IMG/VR virus record: IMGVR_UViG_3300047496_000172
Span: 42,579-106,578 of that record
Direction: 5' to 3' (one strand)
Source: a virus
DNA: 64,000 nucleotides
This document shows positions 48,887 to 59,171 of this stretch, piece by piece (the first letter of the stretch is position 1; every line of letters starts with the position of its first letter). A model generated the notes under the pieces. That model was given only the letters and a program-made list of their open reading frames with translations. It made no database searches and was not told the DNA's origin. The position numbers and the translations under genes were made by a program.

Positions 48887-50707
48887 ATGGTAGATTCCAC
48901 TCTCAATTCATTTATTAGTCGCGGCCCTTCTACTAATAGAATAGCCTATACACCTTCTCCACCTACCCCAGCGGTTGGTGCAGATTTAGGATATTTTTGG
49001 TTCGAAACTGATACCGGATATCTGTATTCCTGGAATGGAAGTTCTTGGATAAATCTCACTATAAGTTCAAGTAATGATCCTAATCTCAAAGGACTTATTC
49101 AACTTATTGATTTTACGACTGTATCCGGGCCATCTGTTTTAGATAACATTAATGGTAATAATGTTTTCATCGTAAACTATTCTTCAGGTGCTGCTTCAGG
49201 TTTAGGCTATGAAACTAATGGCTCTAGTAGTTATATAAATGCTGGTCCCTGTGCTATGGGTAGATATGAATTTACTATAGCAATTCGTTTCAAAACAACT
49301 TCAAATACAACTGGTCCTCAATATTTTACAGACCCAAGTTTATATAATCTCGCTCTTAGTGGAATTGGATACGATAGTGGACTTACAGTTCATAATGGTT
49401 ATGCAGCTACGTGGGGATCGTGGAACACCAGTGCTGATTATAATTATGTATCCTCGATTTTAGTAAATGATGGTAATTTTCATACAATAGTTTGGACTTC
49501 TGATGGTAAAACAGTAAAAGTTTATGTCGATGGGGTAAATGCCGGAATCGATTATACCGGAACATTTAATTTACCTTACGGCAATCGTCCCGGTAGTGTG
49601 GCATATGACTATCCTTATATGGGCGCAGTTAATGTAAGCGATTTTGAAGGTGGTTTCTATGGCGGCCTTGACGCAACTTTTTCTCAATTAAGAGTGTATT
49701 CATACGGAATGACTTCTGGTGAAGTTGCAGCCTTAGATTTAACACAAAATTTAGTTGATATCACAACAAGTATTAGTAGCCCATTATACTATCCATCTGA
49801 ACCAAAAGGTCGTCTAACTCTTACGTCTGGCACGCCAATAATGTCGGCAGATGTTGTAGGCGGAACTTCAATATATTTCACTCCATATAAAGGTAAAAGT
49901 TTAGATTTATATGACGGAACAAATTGGAAGCCATATTCTTATTCAGAATTGACTTTAGCGTTGGACACATCGAACCATGTCTCTGGACATATTTACGATA
50001 TTTTTGTTTTCAAGCAATCTGGCACGATAACGATTGGCGCCGGTCCTGCATGGTCATCTTCTTCAGCACGAGGAACGGGAACGGGAACAACTGAATTAGA
50101 TTTTTCTCTTGGATTACCTACAAATAAAAACGTCATAACATTAACAAATGGTTCTGGTGGTGGTTATACTAATATTTCAGTGAATACCGCGTTATATGTT
50201 GGTTCATTTTATGCAACAGGCAATGGTCAGACTTCCCAACAATTCAATCCAGCCCCGGCAAATGGCGGGGCAAATCCTTTTATGGCATTATATAATGGAT
50301 ATCATAGAGCATTGGCGACTTGCCAAAATTTTGATGACACACTTGGAAATTCATCTCAAAGCGGTGGTTGGCAACCATTACGAAACAGCACTTCTAATAG
50401 AATAACATTTTTAGATGGTCTCGGACAATCTCAAATCGAAGGATGGTGTTCAGTATATTCTAGTGGAAATGCTAATGGGGGTATGAATTTTGATAGTGTG
50501 TCGGCTGTTCCTAAAATATGGTTTCAAGCGGATGGGTCTGGCACTAAATTTGTGACGGATCAATGGGCAGCCCAACTTGGTCTTCATTATGTTCAACAAA
50601 TGATGTCGGCGGTCGGCCTCGGCGTCGGAAGTATAAATTTTTACACCAACGCATCGGCTCCTTATGCCTATCAAATTCAAAATCTTAGAGTATCATTGGA
50701 ACTATAA
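48887..50707 (+). CDS. modular tail-fibre/RBP with central LamG/ConA domain
   Basis: NDGNFHTIVWT.DG..VKVYVDG; N- and C-terminal domains shared with 50708. Confidence 0.75.
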   Translation: MVDSTLNSFISRGPSTNRIAYTPSPPTPAVGADLGYFWFETDTGYLYSWNGSSWINLTISSSNDPNLKGLIQLIDFTTVSGPSVLDNINGNNVFIVNYSSGAASGLGYETNGSSSYINAGPCAMGRYEFTIAIRFKTTSNTTGPQYFTDPSLYNLALSGIGYDSGLTVHNGYAATWGSWNTSADYNYVSSILVNDGNFHTIVWTSDGKTVKVYVDGVNAGIDYTGTFNLPYGNRPGSVAYDYPYMGAVNVSDFEGGFYGGLDATFSQLRVYSYGMTSGEVAALDLTQNLVDITTSISSPLYYPSEPKGRLTLTSGTPIMSADVVGGTSIYFTPYKGKSLDLYDGTNWKPYSYSELTLALDTSNHVSGHIYDIFVFKQSGTITIGAGPAWSSSSARGTGTGTTELDFSLGLPTNKNVITLTNGSGGGYTNISVNTALYVGSFYATGNGQTSQQFNPAPANGGANPFMALYNGYHRALATCQNFDDTLGNSSQSGGWQPLRNSTSNRITFLDGLGQSQIEGWCSVYSSGNANGGMNFDSVSAVPKIWFQADGSGTKFVTDQWAAQLGLHYVQQMMSAVGLGVGSINFYTNASAPYAYQIQNLRVSLEL

Positions 50708-52309
50708 ATGGCTGATTCAACTCTTAATTCATTCTTAGCAAGTGGCACTTCTACTGAGAGATTAGCTTTTACACCTAATCCTCCAACGCCTCCGTCTGGA
50801 CCTAATCCAGGGTATTTCTGGTTCGAAACGGATACAGGTATAACTTATAGTTGGAATGGCACACAGTGGGTTCCTCTTGGAATGGTGTCAAACATCCAAT
50901 TAGTTTCTAAACAATCAGTCTCCAATGTTTCAGAAGTAGATTTTACTGGTTTAGTTGCTGGATTTGATTATTTTGTTACCGCAAGCGAAGTATCTTCAAA
51001 TGGTTCTAGCACGCATCCTCGTGTCCAAGTCGGGTATGGATCACCAATTACATGGGATACTACTGATTCAAATTATAATTCTGGTGGAGCATCTTATGAA
51101 GGAACTGGATTTGGGGGAACTTCCGGATGGAAGCTCATGGGTGAGGATGATGTATTAGCATACGACGGAATGATTTTTGAATTATTTGGTGAAGTTGAAA
51201 ATGTTTCTCAACATCATTTTAAATCATTTTATAGTAGAGCGGTATCATTTACCGGTGGTAGTTATGGTGTTTCTACTCCGAGAGCAGTAAATGGTTTACG
51301 TTTTTATATGAATTCTGGAAATATCTCAGGAAATTTTTATCTTTATTCTCGTAGCAAATCTACAAGTGTAGTTAATGATCCAAGCCAAGTCCTATACTAT
51401 CCATCTGAACCAAAAGGTCGTCTAACTCTTACTTCCAATACGCCGGTAATGATAGCAGATGTTGTCAATAGCTCTAATGTATATTTCACTCCATATAAAG
51501 GTAAAAGTCTTGATATATTCGATGGAAACTCTTGGAAACCTTATACATTTTCAGAACTACATTTGATATTAGATGCTACTAATCATGTAATTGGAAATAT
51601 TTATGACATTTATACCTTTAAAGATTCTGGTGTAATCAAAATAGGTGCGGGACCAGCATGGGCGAATTCTGTTGCCGGAAGTTCTTCAAGAGGAACCGGA
51701 GCAGGAACAACAGAAATAGACAAATCGCAGGGACTTTGGACAAATAGTAATCAAATAAATCTCATTAACAATAGCGTCGTATATTCAAACGTTGCTGTTA
51801 ATACTGCATTATATGTTGGCTCATTATATACAACATATAATGCAGCAGCCTCGATGCAATTTAATCCTGGTGCGGCAAGTGGCGGGAGTAATTCCTACTT
51901 GGCCTTATATAATCCATATAATAAAGTTTCAATATCTTCATATTCTTCTGAATCGGCCGGTGGTTTTACGACAACTAATGCAACACCTGAACCTCTAAAT
52001 GGAAGCACTCATAATCGTATCAATGTGTTGGATGGGTTGGGAGATATTTTTGTTGAGTTAAATTGGAGTAGCTATGTCATTTGTCCAGGCGGCGGTGTTC
52101 AATCTGGGATTGATGTCATTCGAAATGCAATAAGCGGATTTGGTTCAAATCTAACACCAAGAACACAATTTAATGGCCTTATTATCCTGCCGGGCAATAA
52201 CACATGGACACCATTACTTGGTTTTTCCTACTATCAACTTTTACAGTTTACCAGTGGTGGAACAGCCACTTACTACAATGGTTTGATAAATGTTAATTTA
52301 AACATGTGA
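50708..52309 (+). CDS. modular tail-fibre/RBP, paralog of 48887..50707
   Basis: MxDSTLNSF..GYFWFETDTG and YYPSEPKGRLTLTS shared; different middle domain. Confidence 0.75.
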   Translation: MADSTLNSFLASGTSTERLAFTPNPPTPPSGPNPGYFWFETDTGITYSWNGTQWVPLGMVSNIQLVSKQSVSNVSEVDFTGLVAGFDYFVTASEVSSNGSSTHPRVQVGYGSPITWDTTDSNYNSGGASYEGTGFGGTSGWKLMGEDDVLAYDGMIFELFGEVENVSQHHFKSFYSRAVSFTGGSYGVSTPRAVNGLRFYMNSGNISGNFYLYSRSKSTSVVNDPSQVLYYPSEPKGRLTLTSNTPVMIADVVNSSNVYFTPYKGKSLDIFDGNSWKPYTFSELHLILDATNHVIGNIYDIYTFKDSGVIKIGAGPAWANSVAGSSSRGTGAGTTEIDKSQGLWTNSNQINLINNSVVYSNVAVNTALYVGSLYTTYNAAASMQFNPGAASGGSNSYLALYNPYNKVSISSYSSESAGGFTTTNATPEPLNGSTHNRINVLDGLGDIFVELNWSSYVICPGGGVQSGIDVIRNAISGFGSNLTPRTQFNGLIILPGNNTWTPLLGFSYYQLLQFTSGGTATYYNGLINVNLNM

Positions 52310-53718
52310 CTTGCATCGGAAAGTAAAGCCCCTCTACAAAGCCGCTCCAAGCTTCTTTCCTTACCAATAGCAGCCAAACATGTTCCAAGGTCAGGAGCAA
52401 CCGTAGCACCCGTCAGAGCCGATCTAATAACCGGCCCAATAACCTTCATCGGAATGTTCTCAGCATCTGCCAAATCATGAATAAGTTTATTCAGATATGC
52501 CGCACCAAAATTGCTGCAAATAGCTAAACCTTTTGACACCATATTAAGAATGTCGCGAGAACCGTCCTTAGAGAGAACTGCCTTGGCTTTGTCATCGTAA
52601 GTAATATCGGTGATAGCAAAAGTCATGTTTTTCGCCAAAGCTTCCACAGTAGGGGAACCTTCTACAAAAAGCGAAACCAGTTCATCAAGACGCGTGTAAG
52701 CATCAAGATAAAGAGCCATTTCTTTTAGATATGGATCAACCAACTTTACCAAACGATGAGTATCGGCATTGATAAGGTAATGACTATTGATATGGTTCAG
52801 TTTCTTGAAGTCGAACCTTGCTGGCGAAGAAACTACATCCTTGATAGCAAACCAAGCAGCGGCTTCATCATCAGAAAAGATTTCTGAATCTCCATGACCC
52901 CAACCAAGTCTTGTCAGATAATTACGCATAGCTTCAGGTAGATAACCCTTATCTGCAAAATCTGTAACAGATGCGGCGCCATGTCGTTTAGAAAGCTTCT
53001 TTCCATCTTCCCCATGAATTAGAGGAATATGAGCGAATTCTGGAACAGACCATCCCATAGCTTCATAGATAAGCTTTTGACGAGGCGTATTGTTAACATG
53101 ATCATCCCCACGAATGATCACGTTCACTCCGCTGTCATGGTCGTCCACAACTACGGCAAGATTATAGGTCGGCGATCCATCAGAACGAAGCAATACAAGA
53201 TCATCAAGATTTTCGTTGTCAAATGAAACAGTGCCTTTGACCAAATCATTGATCACGGTTTTGCCAGTCGTCGGACCCTTGAACCGAACAACATACGATC
53301 CAGAAATAGTCGGAAGTGTTCTTTCTTTTGGAATGCCATCTCGCCAAGTTGAACGAAATGCCTTACCTCTATTGGCGGCTTTCCACGCAGCGGTCTCTTC
53401 GGTTGTCATATAACACAGGTAAGCCTTGCCAGAGGCTACGAGAGCCTTTACGACTTCTTTGTGCCTCTCAGCCCGCGAAGCTTGGAAAACAGGCTCTCCG
53501 TCGAACTCTAGGCCCAACCATTTAAATCCATTAAAAATCGCTGCTACAGAATCATCCGTAGAGCGTTCCTTATCAGTATCTTCAATACGAAGAATGCACT
53601 TTCCTCCCATATGCTTTGCATAAATCAGATTGAACAAAGCAGTTCTCGCTGAACCTATATGTATTGAGCCAGACGGACTCGGACTGAACCTAGTTACTAT
53701 TTCTCTTGTCATAATCAT
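52273..53718 (-). CDS. gltX: glutamate--tRNA ligase
   Basis: TRFSPSPSG.IHIG, LRIEDTD, PTYNLAVVVDD, RGDDH, KLSKRHGA. Confidence 0.97.
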   Translation of the reverse strand: MIMTREIVTRFSPSPSGSIHIGSARTALFNLIYAKHMGGKCILRIEDTDKERSTDDSVAAIFNGFKWLGLEFDGEPVFQASRAERHKEVVKALVASGKAYLCYMTTEETAAWKAANRGKAFRSTWRDGIPKERTLPTISGSYVVRFKGPTTGKTVINDLVKGTVSFDNENLDDLVLLRSDGSPTYNLAVVVDDHDSGVNVIIRGDDHVNNTPRQKLIYEAMGWSVPEFAHIPLIHGEDGKKLSKRHGAASVTDFADKGYLPEAMRNYLTRLGWGHGDSEIFSDDEAAAWFAIKDVVSSPARFDFKKLNHINSHYLINADTHRLVKLVDPYLKEMALYLDAYTRLDELVSLFVEGSPTVEALAKNMTFAITDITYDDKAKAVLSKDGSRDILNMVSKGLAICSNFGAAYLNKLIHDLADAENIPMKVIGPVIRSALTGATVAPDLGTCLAAIGKERSLERLCRGALLSDASHMFKLTFIKPL

Positions 53719-54721
53719 TTTCCCACATTGTTACCACGTTGTATCCTGCTAAACGAAGCGTCTCTTCTGATAACATAGTTTTTTCAAATAGCAAGCCAAA
53801 AGTGCATTTAGTGCTTTTATTATATTTGGTGTGATTCGTCGTTTTTGGATTACCATGCCAATAATCACCATGAAACAAATAAACAGTATTAGTATTTGGA
53901 TCATATCCATCGACATATAATCTTATTTTTTTGATAAAATATTGCCGTTCTGGGATATTCAAACTATCTAACCACTCTATCTCTTTTTTAGAACTTCTGT
54001 ATGTTTTGCTACTAGCATTCCTTTTATCATTGATTGATTGTAGCTCTTCGTCTGTTTTATTAGCCCAAGCCAAAGACATTTTTCTTGAAGTTTCTTTCAA
54101 TTCTTCTGGCGTTTTTTTATCACGTGTTAATTTTCTTTTTTCAAGTATAGAATTAAGTTCATCTTTTGATTTGTTAAGCCATGTAGAAGAGCATTGGTTT
54201 TTAAAATCGTCAGAACGAGGAAGAGAAGATGTTTTGATTGATTGAGGAGTCTGACCAGGATTTGAAACTCCATATTTTTTAATCATTGTATTGAATGTTT
54301 TAGTTTTTATTGCTGCATTAGTTATAGGATAACCACCATAACGGGCATTTAAAGTATTTCTAATTTTTTCTTTGGTGTCCGATGCTTGGCACGTATATTC
54401 TACACCATATTTGGTTAAATTAGTTTGAATTATTTTATTTCTTACGCTTTCTAAGGTCATAGGGTTATCTACGCCGTATTTTTCCATGAATACGTCTTTT
54501 ACTTTTTGTTTTATTTCTGGTAGTTTCATGGGGTTATCTACGCCGTATTTTTCAATATTACGCGCAGCTTTTCTTTTTTGATATTCTGGGTCTAATTGTC
54601 GTAATGTATTTCTTTTTCGAGAAGCTGGGCAACTACTTCCATTTTTAGAACAACTCCAAAGTTTCTTTCTTTTATTGAAGAAAGTTCCTTCTTCTCCGCA
54701 ACCATAATAACAAATCATCAT
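53690..54721 (-). mobile_element. free-standing homing-endonuclease-like gene (KYGVDNP repeats plus PD-(D/E)xK/Vsr-like domain)
   Basis: CYYGCG; repeated KYGVxN; SKKE..WL, VDGY, FHGDYWHG, GYNVVTMWE; overlaps gltX start. Confidence 0.75.
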
Positions 54722-54787
54722 TTTTTATATCCTCCAATTATAATTGTATTTATCATAAAGGAGGTATTCGAATGGCAAACTATATAA

Positions 54788-55285
54788 TTACTCCATAATT
54801 AGTTTTGCCATCGTCAAATCTTTTAGAGACGAAAAACAAAAAGTTATTTCGTTATTTTCTTCGACCAGAGGCAGCAACCGTGTATCTGTTGGGTCAGTGT
54901 TATATTCTTCAATAAAATATGTCCAAGGTCCAAAGTTATGGATATTCATACTTTTTATAGATTCAACGAAATCATATAAAACAAGTGATGGGAATAGATT
55001 TTTCTTCTTTATAGTGAATTCGTATAATGAAGTATTATCTACAAAAAAAGTTCGTTTTCTAGGAAAATCTGATGAAAGTTTTCCATGTCGCGTATAATAC
55101 AATGCTTCTTTTGAATATAATTCAGGATTAATGCAGTTTAGTTCCTTCAATGCATTTAAATAGGTTTTCATTTTAGTCAATGCAATTTTATATTTCGTAA
55201 AATCACTGACGAATTTTCGTGTTAATACTATAAAGCTTGGATATTCATTTAAAATAGATTCTACATGTTTTCGTGAATACTGCAT
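54788..55285 (-). CDS. divergent FKMRW-related protein, paralog of 55289
   Basis: IHNFG.WTY.IEE...F.FSSL.D.TMAKLIME. Confidence 0.65.
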   Translation of the reverse strand: MQYSRKHVESILNEYPSFIVLTRKFVSDFTKYKIALTKMKTYLNALKELNCINPELYSKEALYYTRHGKLSSDFPRKRTFFVDNTSLYEFTIKKKNLFPSLVLYDFVESIKSMNIHNFGPWTYFIEEYNTDPTDTRLLPLVEENNEITFCFSSLKDLTMAKLIME

Positions 55286-55288
55286 AGT

Positions 55289-55954
55289 CTACTCCATGAT
55301 AAGTTTTGCCATTGTGGCATCGATCAGAGATGAGAAACCAAAGATTAATTTATTTTTTTCTACTTTATTGAAGTCTGAATTTTCTTCTATGTAGTAGGTC
55401 CATTTTCCAAAATTGTGAATTCTGGTATTCTGTAATGAATATCCAAAATTGAAAAGAGCCAAAGCAGGTTGTAGGACTACCATCTCTATATGAAATGGAT
55501 ATACATCAATCAGCCTACCAAATTTATAGTTATAAAATAATGGATGAATACAGTTAACTTCCTCTAATTCGGTAAATTCTAATAAAGAATATAGGTGAAA
55601 ATTTAATAAATTATTACCGGCACTACTGGAAACGAGGTATATCCACTGTCTATACAAAGCTCTGAAACTCGGCAAGACTGCAAGATCGGTGAAATATCGC
55701 TCTCTTTCTTTTTGTAAAAGTTTTTTCTCTTCTTCTTGATCATAGAATAATCTTTGCTCAGAAGTCATTTCCCTAAGCATTCGTTGAAGAACTTTAGCTT
55801 TGCGTTTTTTCTCTGTTTCATAGGAGAAGTTTCGCCATTTGTGGCATCGATCAGAGATGAGAAACCAAAGATTATTTGTTATCTTCATTGGACAAATGAT
55901 GTCATAATTTCCCATCATGAAAAGGTGTGTCCCAATCAGCATCTCCATAACCAC
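55289..55954 (-). CDS. paralog of 54788..55285
   Basis: Same C-terminal motif. Confidence 0.65.
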   Translation of the reverse strand: MVMEMLIGTHLFMMGNYDIICPMKITNNLWFLISDRCHKWRNFSYETEKKRKAKVLQRMLREMTSEQRLFYDQEEEKKLLQKERERYFTDLAVLPSFRALYRQWIYLVSSSAGNNLLNFHLYSLLEFTELEEVNCIHPLFYNYKFGRLIDVYPFHIEMVVLQPALALFNFGYSLQNTRIHNFGKWTYYIEENSDFNKVEKNKLIFGFSSLIDATMAKLIME

Positions 55955-56213
55955 CCATGGCTAATTCCTCCTGAGACATAGGACGATCATCCACATCATC
56001 GCCAGGATCAAAGATGCTGGTATAAGGTTTCAAAGCAGGTTGATGGCGCATGACTCGATGAATAATGTTAGCATATTGGCCAGTGCGAGCCTCTTGTTTC
56101 TTGGCTTTGCAAGATTTCGAGCAAAACTTTCCCCACCCTCTATTCACGTCGGCGCGGCGCGCAGAGAAGGTTGTCTTGCAACAACCGCAAACAACTTTAA
56201 CCATCATTACCAT
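55902..56213 (-). CDS. Zn-finger (CxxC..FCSKSC) protein
   Basis: CGCC..RGWGKFCSKSC. Confidence 0.65.
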   Translation of the reverse strand: MVMMVKVVCGCCKTTFSARRADVNRGWGKFCSKSCKAKKQEARTGQYANIIHRVMRHQPALKPYTSIFDPGDDVDDRPMSQEELAMGGYGDADWDTPFHDGKL

Positions 56214-56591
56214 TTATGATACCTTATTCAAGAGACCCAAAGCTTTTAGTTCTTCCTGAGACAATTTTGCCATACCCGAGGAACGCAATTCCGCCTCACG
56301 CTGAGCCTTCGCTTCGACTTCACGCCGAAGCAGGTCTTCTGTCTGGTGATTTTCCCACCAAGTCATCAACTCTTCCCGCCTAATACCAGCTTCCCGCCAA
56401 TTAATGAAATCAAATAGATTGTCGGAGTAGACTGCCGGTCTCAAGATTCTTATAGTATCAACTGCGTTGTCTAGTGCGGTCATCGACGCACAAAGAGATG
56501 CCTTAAAAAACTCCAATCTCTCACGAAGGTCAGCCAATTCTTGACCCATGGCCCTGGTATCAGGGTAACTATCATCACGACAAGCCATCAA
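56214..56591 (-). CDS. hypothetical phage protein
   Basis: WWENHQ.ED..KLSQEELKALG. Confidence 0.7.
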   Translation of the reverse strand: MMACRDDSYPDTRAMGQELADLRERLEFFKASLCASMTALDNAVDTIRILRPAVYSDNLFDFINWREAGIRREELMTWWENHQTEDLLRREVEAKAQREAELRSSGMAKLSQEELKALGLLNKVS

Positions 56592-57162
56592 TATTCTCCT
56601 TCAAACTACGAAATGTTAAACTAATCCTCGGTATCTTAACCACGAAACCCGCCTTAGGAATGGAATGCAAATGTGTATCTTGCATACCGGCATGCATCAA
56701 GAATAAAGAACCCGGTTCCAAAAAGATTTCTCCTTTTTCGCCCGTTTCTTTTTCCAAGAATTTAATCAAACGTCCAGAGCCAACCGTTACGACCGCGATG
56801 GGACGTTCGTGATTAATGCCTGGATCATCATCGGCATGAAATCCAAGATGATCCCTGGCAGTCTCATACCCATTCAAAAAACACGCAGCGTAGCGGAAGT
56901 TCAACAAAGCTTCCAGACGATCAGACACGCTCTCAATTGAAGGATGAGTTACGTTAGGTTCATAAGTTCTTTGACCGGCACCGCTGCCATAGGTATAGGA
57001 TCGATTGAAAATATTGGTCCAATATTCTCTACGTGGCGCAAACTCACGTTTTTCCCATGCCAATTCGTTCCACAAAGTGGAAAAGATGATCTCGTGATCA
57101 TCTACGAATTCCGGAATATATGTTACGGGCGCGGTCATGCACACATCATGATTATTCGGCAT
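56575..57162 (-). CDS. AlkB-family 2OG-Fe(II) dioxygenase
   Basis: CFLNGY..D.LGFHADD, HSIPK, RISLTFR. Confidence 0.92.
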   Translation of the reverse strand: MPNNHDVCMTAPVTYIPEFVDDHEIIFSTLWNELAWEKREFAPRREYWTNIFNRSYTYGSGAGQRTYEPNVTHPSIESVSDRLEALLNFRYAACFLNGYETARDHLGFHADDDPGINHERPIAVVTVGSGRLIKFLEKETGEKGEIFLEPGSLFLMHAGMQDTHLHSIPKAGFVVKIPRISLTFRSLKENIDGLS

Positions 57163-57580
57163 CGGTAGAAGCCTTTCCAGTATCCTTGTTGCGCTTCCAC
57201 TTCGCCAGCTTTACTTCTATCAATCTGGCGACTTCCGCTTGAATTTCTTCTGATGTTGCGGCTGTTTGATCTGGCATAGGTGTGAGAACGCAATCGTAAC
57301 TCACAATAAGCAAGTCACTCAATTCTTCTCGAACATCATCCCAAGTCTTTTGTTTGCCATTGCCATCACTGGTGACGTTAAGATAAGCTTCGGCCGCTTC
57401 TCCCAATTCTTCACTCAGCTTCAGAATACGCCGCGCAAGATTTTCATGATTTCTGGTCAAATTGGCATTGTAAATTGCTTGACCAATTTCATCAAACTTG
57501 AGAGTCGGTTGAACTAACTTCATTCTTTGTCTCCAAAGTGTTTGTGGTATATCTACCAAAAAATAGTTTTTGACAGCCAT
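57152..57580 (-). CDS. MazG-like nucleotide pyrophosphohydrolase
   Basis: KLSEELGEAAEA...EELSD. Confidence 0.85.
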   Translation of the reverse strand: MAVKNYFLVDIPQTLWRQRMKLVQPTLKFDEIGQAIYNANLTRNHENLARRILKLSEELGEAAEAYLNVTSDGNGKQKTWDDVREELSDLLIVSYDCVLTPMPDQTAATSEEIQAEVARLIEVKLAKWKRNKDTGKASTDAE

Positions 57581-57665
57581 AAAATCATAGATAGTGTTTT
57601 AGTAAATGTGGAGGCCAAGATGGAAGTTCGACCGAATTATAATTATCTCCGAGTTTTAGAAGACA

Positions 57666-58385
57666 TCAGAGCTTGGCCGTTGAGAGTTTGGTGAACTCTG
57701 CATAAGAGTAGGTTTTATGATATAAATCTCCAGGAAACTTGGCTATAACTTTAGAAGTATCTGGAGGAATGAACCCAAACATTTGATAATGAAAGGCCAA
57801 ATTGCTTGAATAATTTATTGAAGGCGTATGGCAATGTGTTTTCATATATCCTTGCTGATTGATCGTCTGCCAAAATCTTCTATCTCCAGTAATACCTTCG
57901 CGTGAATCTTTAAATACCCACGCACCAACAACTGGAAACGCCGTTTTATCTATATAATAGCAATTAGTATCATTGAAATTTACACCATCTGATTCTCGAC
58001 AAACACCTAAAAATTTTCCATCTATAGTGTATATATTTCTTGTCGCAGTCACTATATGTGAATTGGTTTGTATTTGTAGATCATGTAATATTTTTACATG
58101 ATCGCTATTAATCCAATTATCGCCATCCAAAAATACTATGGCATCCGCACCTAAAGTTGCTGCGCTAATCGATCCCAAGGTTCTGGGGGTATCACCAAAA
58201 TCATTATGATTCGGAATCTTTAAATGAAAAACATTCCAATCATCGATTTCAGGTTTTGGTTTACCATCCGCAACCATAACATGCATAATGTTAGTGTGAG
58301 ATTGGTTTATAACGCTGTCATGACAACGCTTTAATATATCAAGAGATTCTTCGTAATATGGAGTAATTATAGCAACTTTTTTCAT
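57666..58385 (-). CDS. GT2 glycosyltransferase
   Basis: IITPYY, SVINQS, VADG, FLDGDN. Confidence 0.88.
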   Translation of the reverse strand: MKKVAIITPYYEESLDILKRCHDSVINQSHTNIMHVMVADGKPKPEIDDWNVFHLKIPNHNDFGDTPRTLGSISAATLGADAIVFLDGDNWINSDHVKILHDLQIQTNSHIVTATRNIYTIDGKFLGVCRESDGVNFNDTNCYYIDKTAFPVVGAWVFKDSREGITGDRRFWQTINQQGYMKTHCHTPSINYSSNLAFHYQMFGFIPPDTSKVIAKFPGDLYHKTYSYAEFTKLSTAKL

Positions 58386-58406
58386 GTGGCTAGCATACTA
58401 TAGTAA

Positions 58407-58862
58407 TTACTCAAGTTTCCATATATTTTTTATGCGATCAATCATATCTTCGGCCGCGCGATCATATGATTTATCTTCGTTGGAATTCCCTTCGCTTTTA
58501 GAATTCCATTGTTGGTGTTCCAATATGTTCATCATTCCCTTCGCTTTTAGAATTCCCATAGCTGGTATGTTTTCTGGCTCTTCTTCTTCCTCATGACCAT
58601 CCCAACGCATTTTAAAATTAACTACATCTGCGTCGTTCAAAATGTAGACTCTGAATTCATCTCTTTTAAGAGCAATCGCAGTAGTATGATAATAGAACGA
58701 GTTGCAGTTATGTTTTAACCAATCCAATATTGAGGAAATATCTATAAAATTTCTTACGACAAAACGATTAAGTAACATTTTTTCATGAAGATTAGTTCCG
58801 TAAATGGATTTCCATTCTTCATTGGAAAGAAGTTTATCATTGGTAATACTTAAGATATTCAT
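58407..58862 (-). CDS. FKMRW-family protein
   Basis: WLKHNC..DADVVNFKMRW. Confidence 0.7.
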   Translation of the reverse strand: MNILSITNDKLLSNEEWKSIYGTNLHEKMLLNRFVVRNFIDISSILDWLKHNCNSFYYHTTAIALKRDEFRVYILNDADVVNFKMRWDGHEEEEEPENIPAMGILKAKGMMNILEHQQWNSKSEGNSNEDKSYDRAAEDMIDRIKNIWKLE

Positions 58863-58877
58863 TCATTCTCTCATCTT

Positions 58878-59171
58878 TTAGGTTTCAACAATGTTTTCCC
58901 AAAACATTTTGAACAACGCCGCATCAGATTTATCTACTATGTAAATATATAATGTATTAGACCAAGTATTTAATTCGTTTGTAATATAATACAAAGATTT
59001 ACAATTTTCACTAAGCCATTTTTTCATGTTTGTCAATATTGCTATAGTCATGTCTCCATTTATAACAAATCTATTGTTTATCATAGATTCCATATAAGAA
59101 GAACCAGAAAGTGCTTCGAATTCTTTCGGATATAACAAATTAGGTCTTAATAACTCTGGTTTAGCCGCCAT
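58878..59171 (-). CDS. FKMxW-family protein
   Basis: WLSENC..DKSDAALFKMFW. Confidence 0.7.
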   Translation of the reverse strand: MAAKPELLRPNLLYPKEFEALSGSSYMESMINNRFVINGDMTIAILTNMKKWLSENCKSLYYITNELNTWSNTLYIYIVDKSDAALFKMFWENIVET

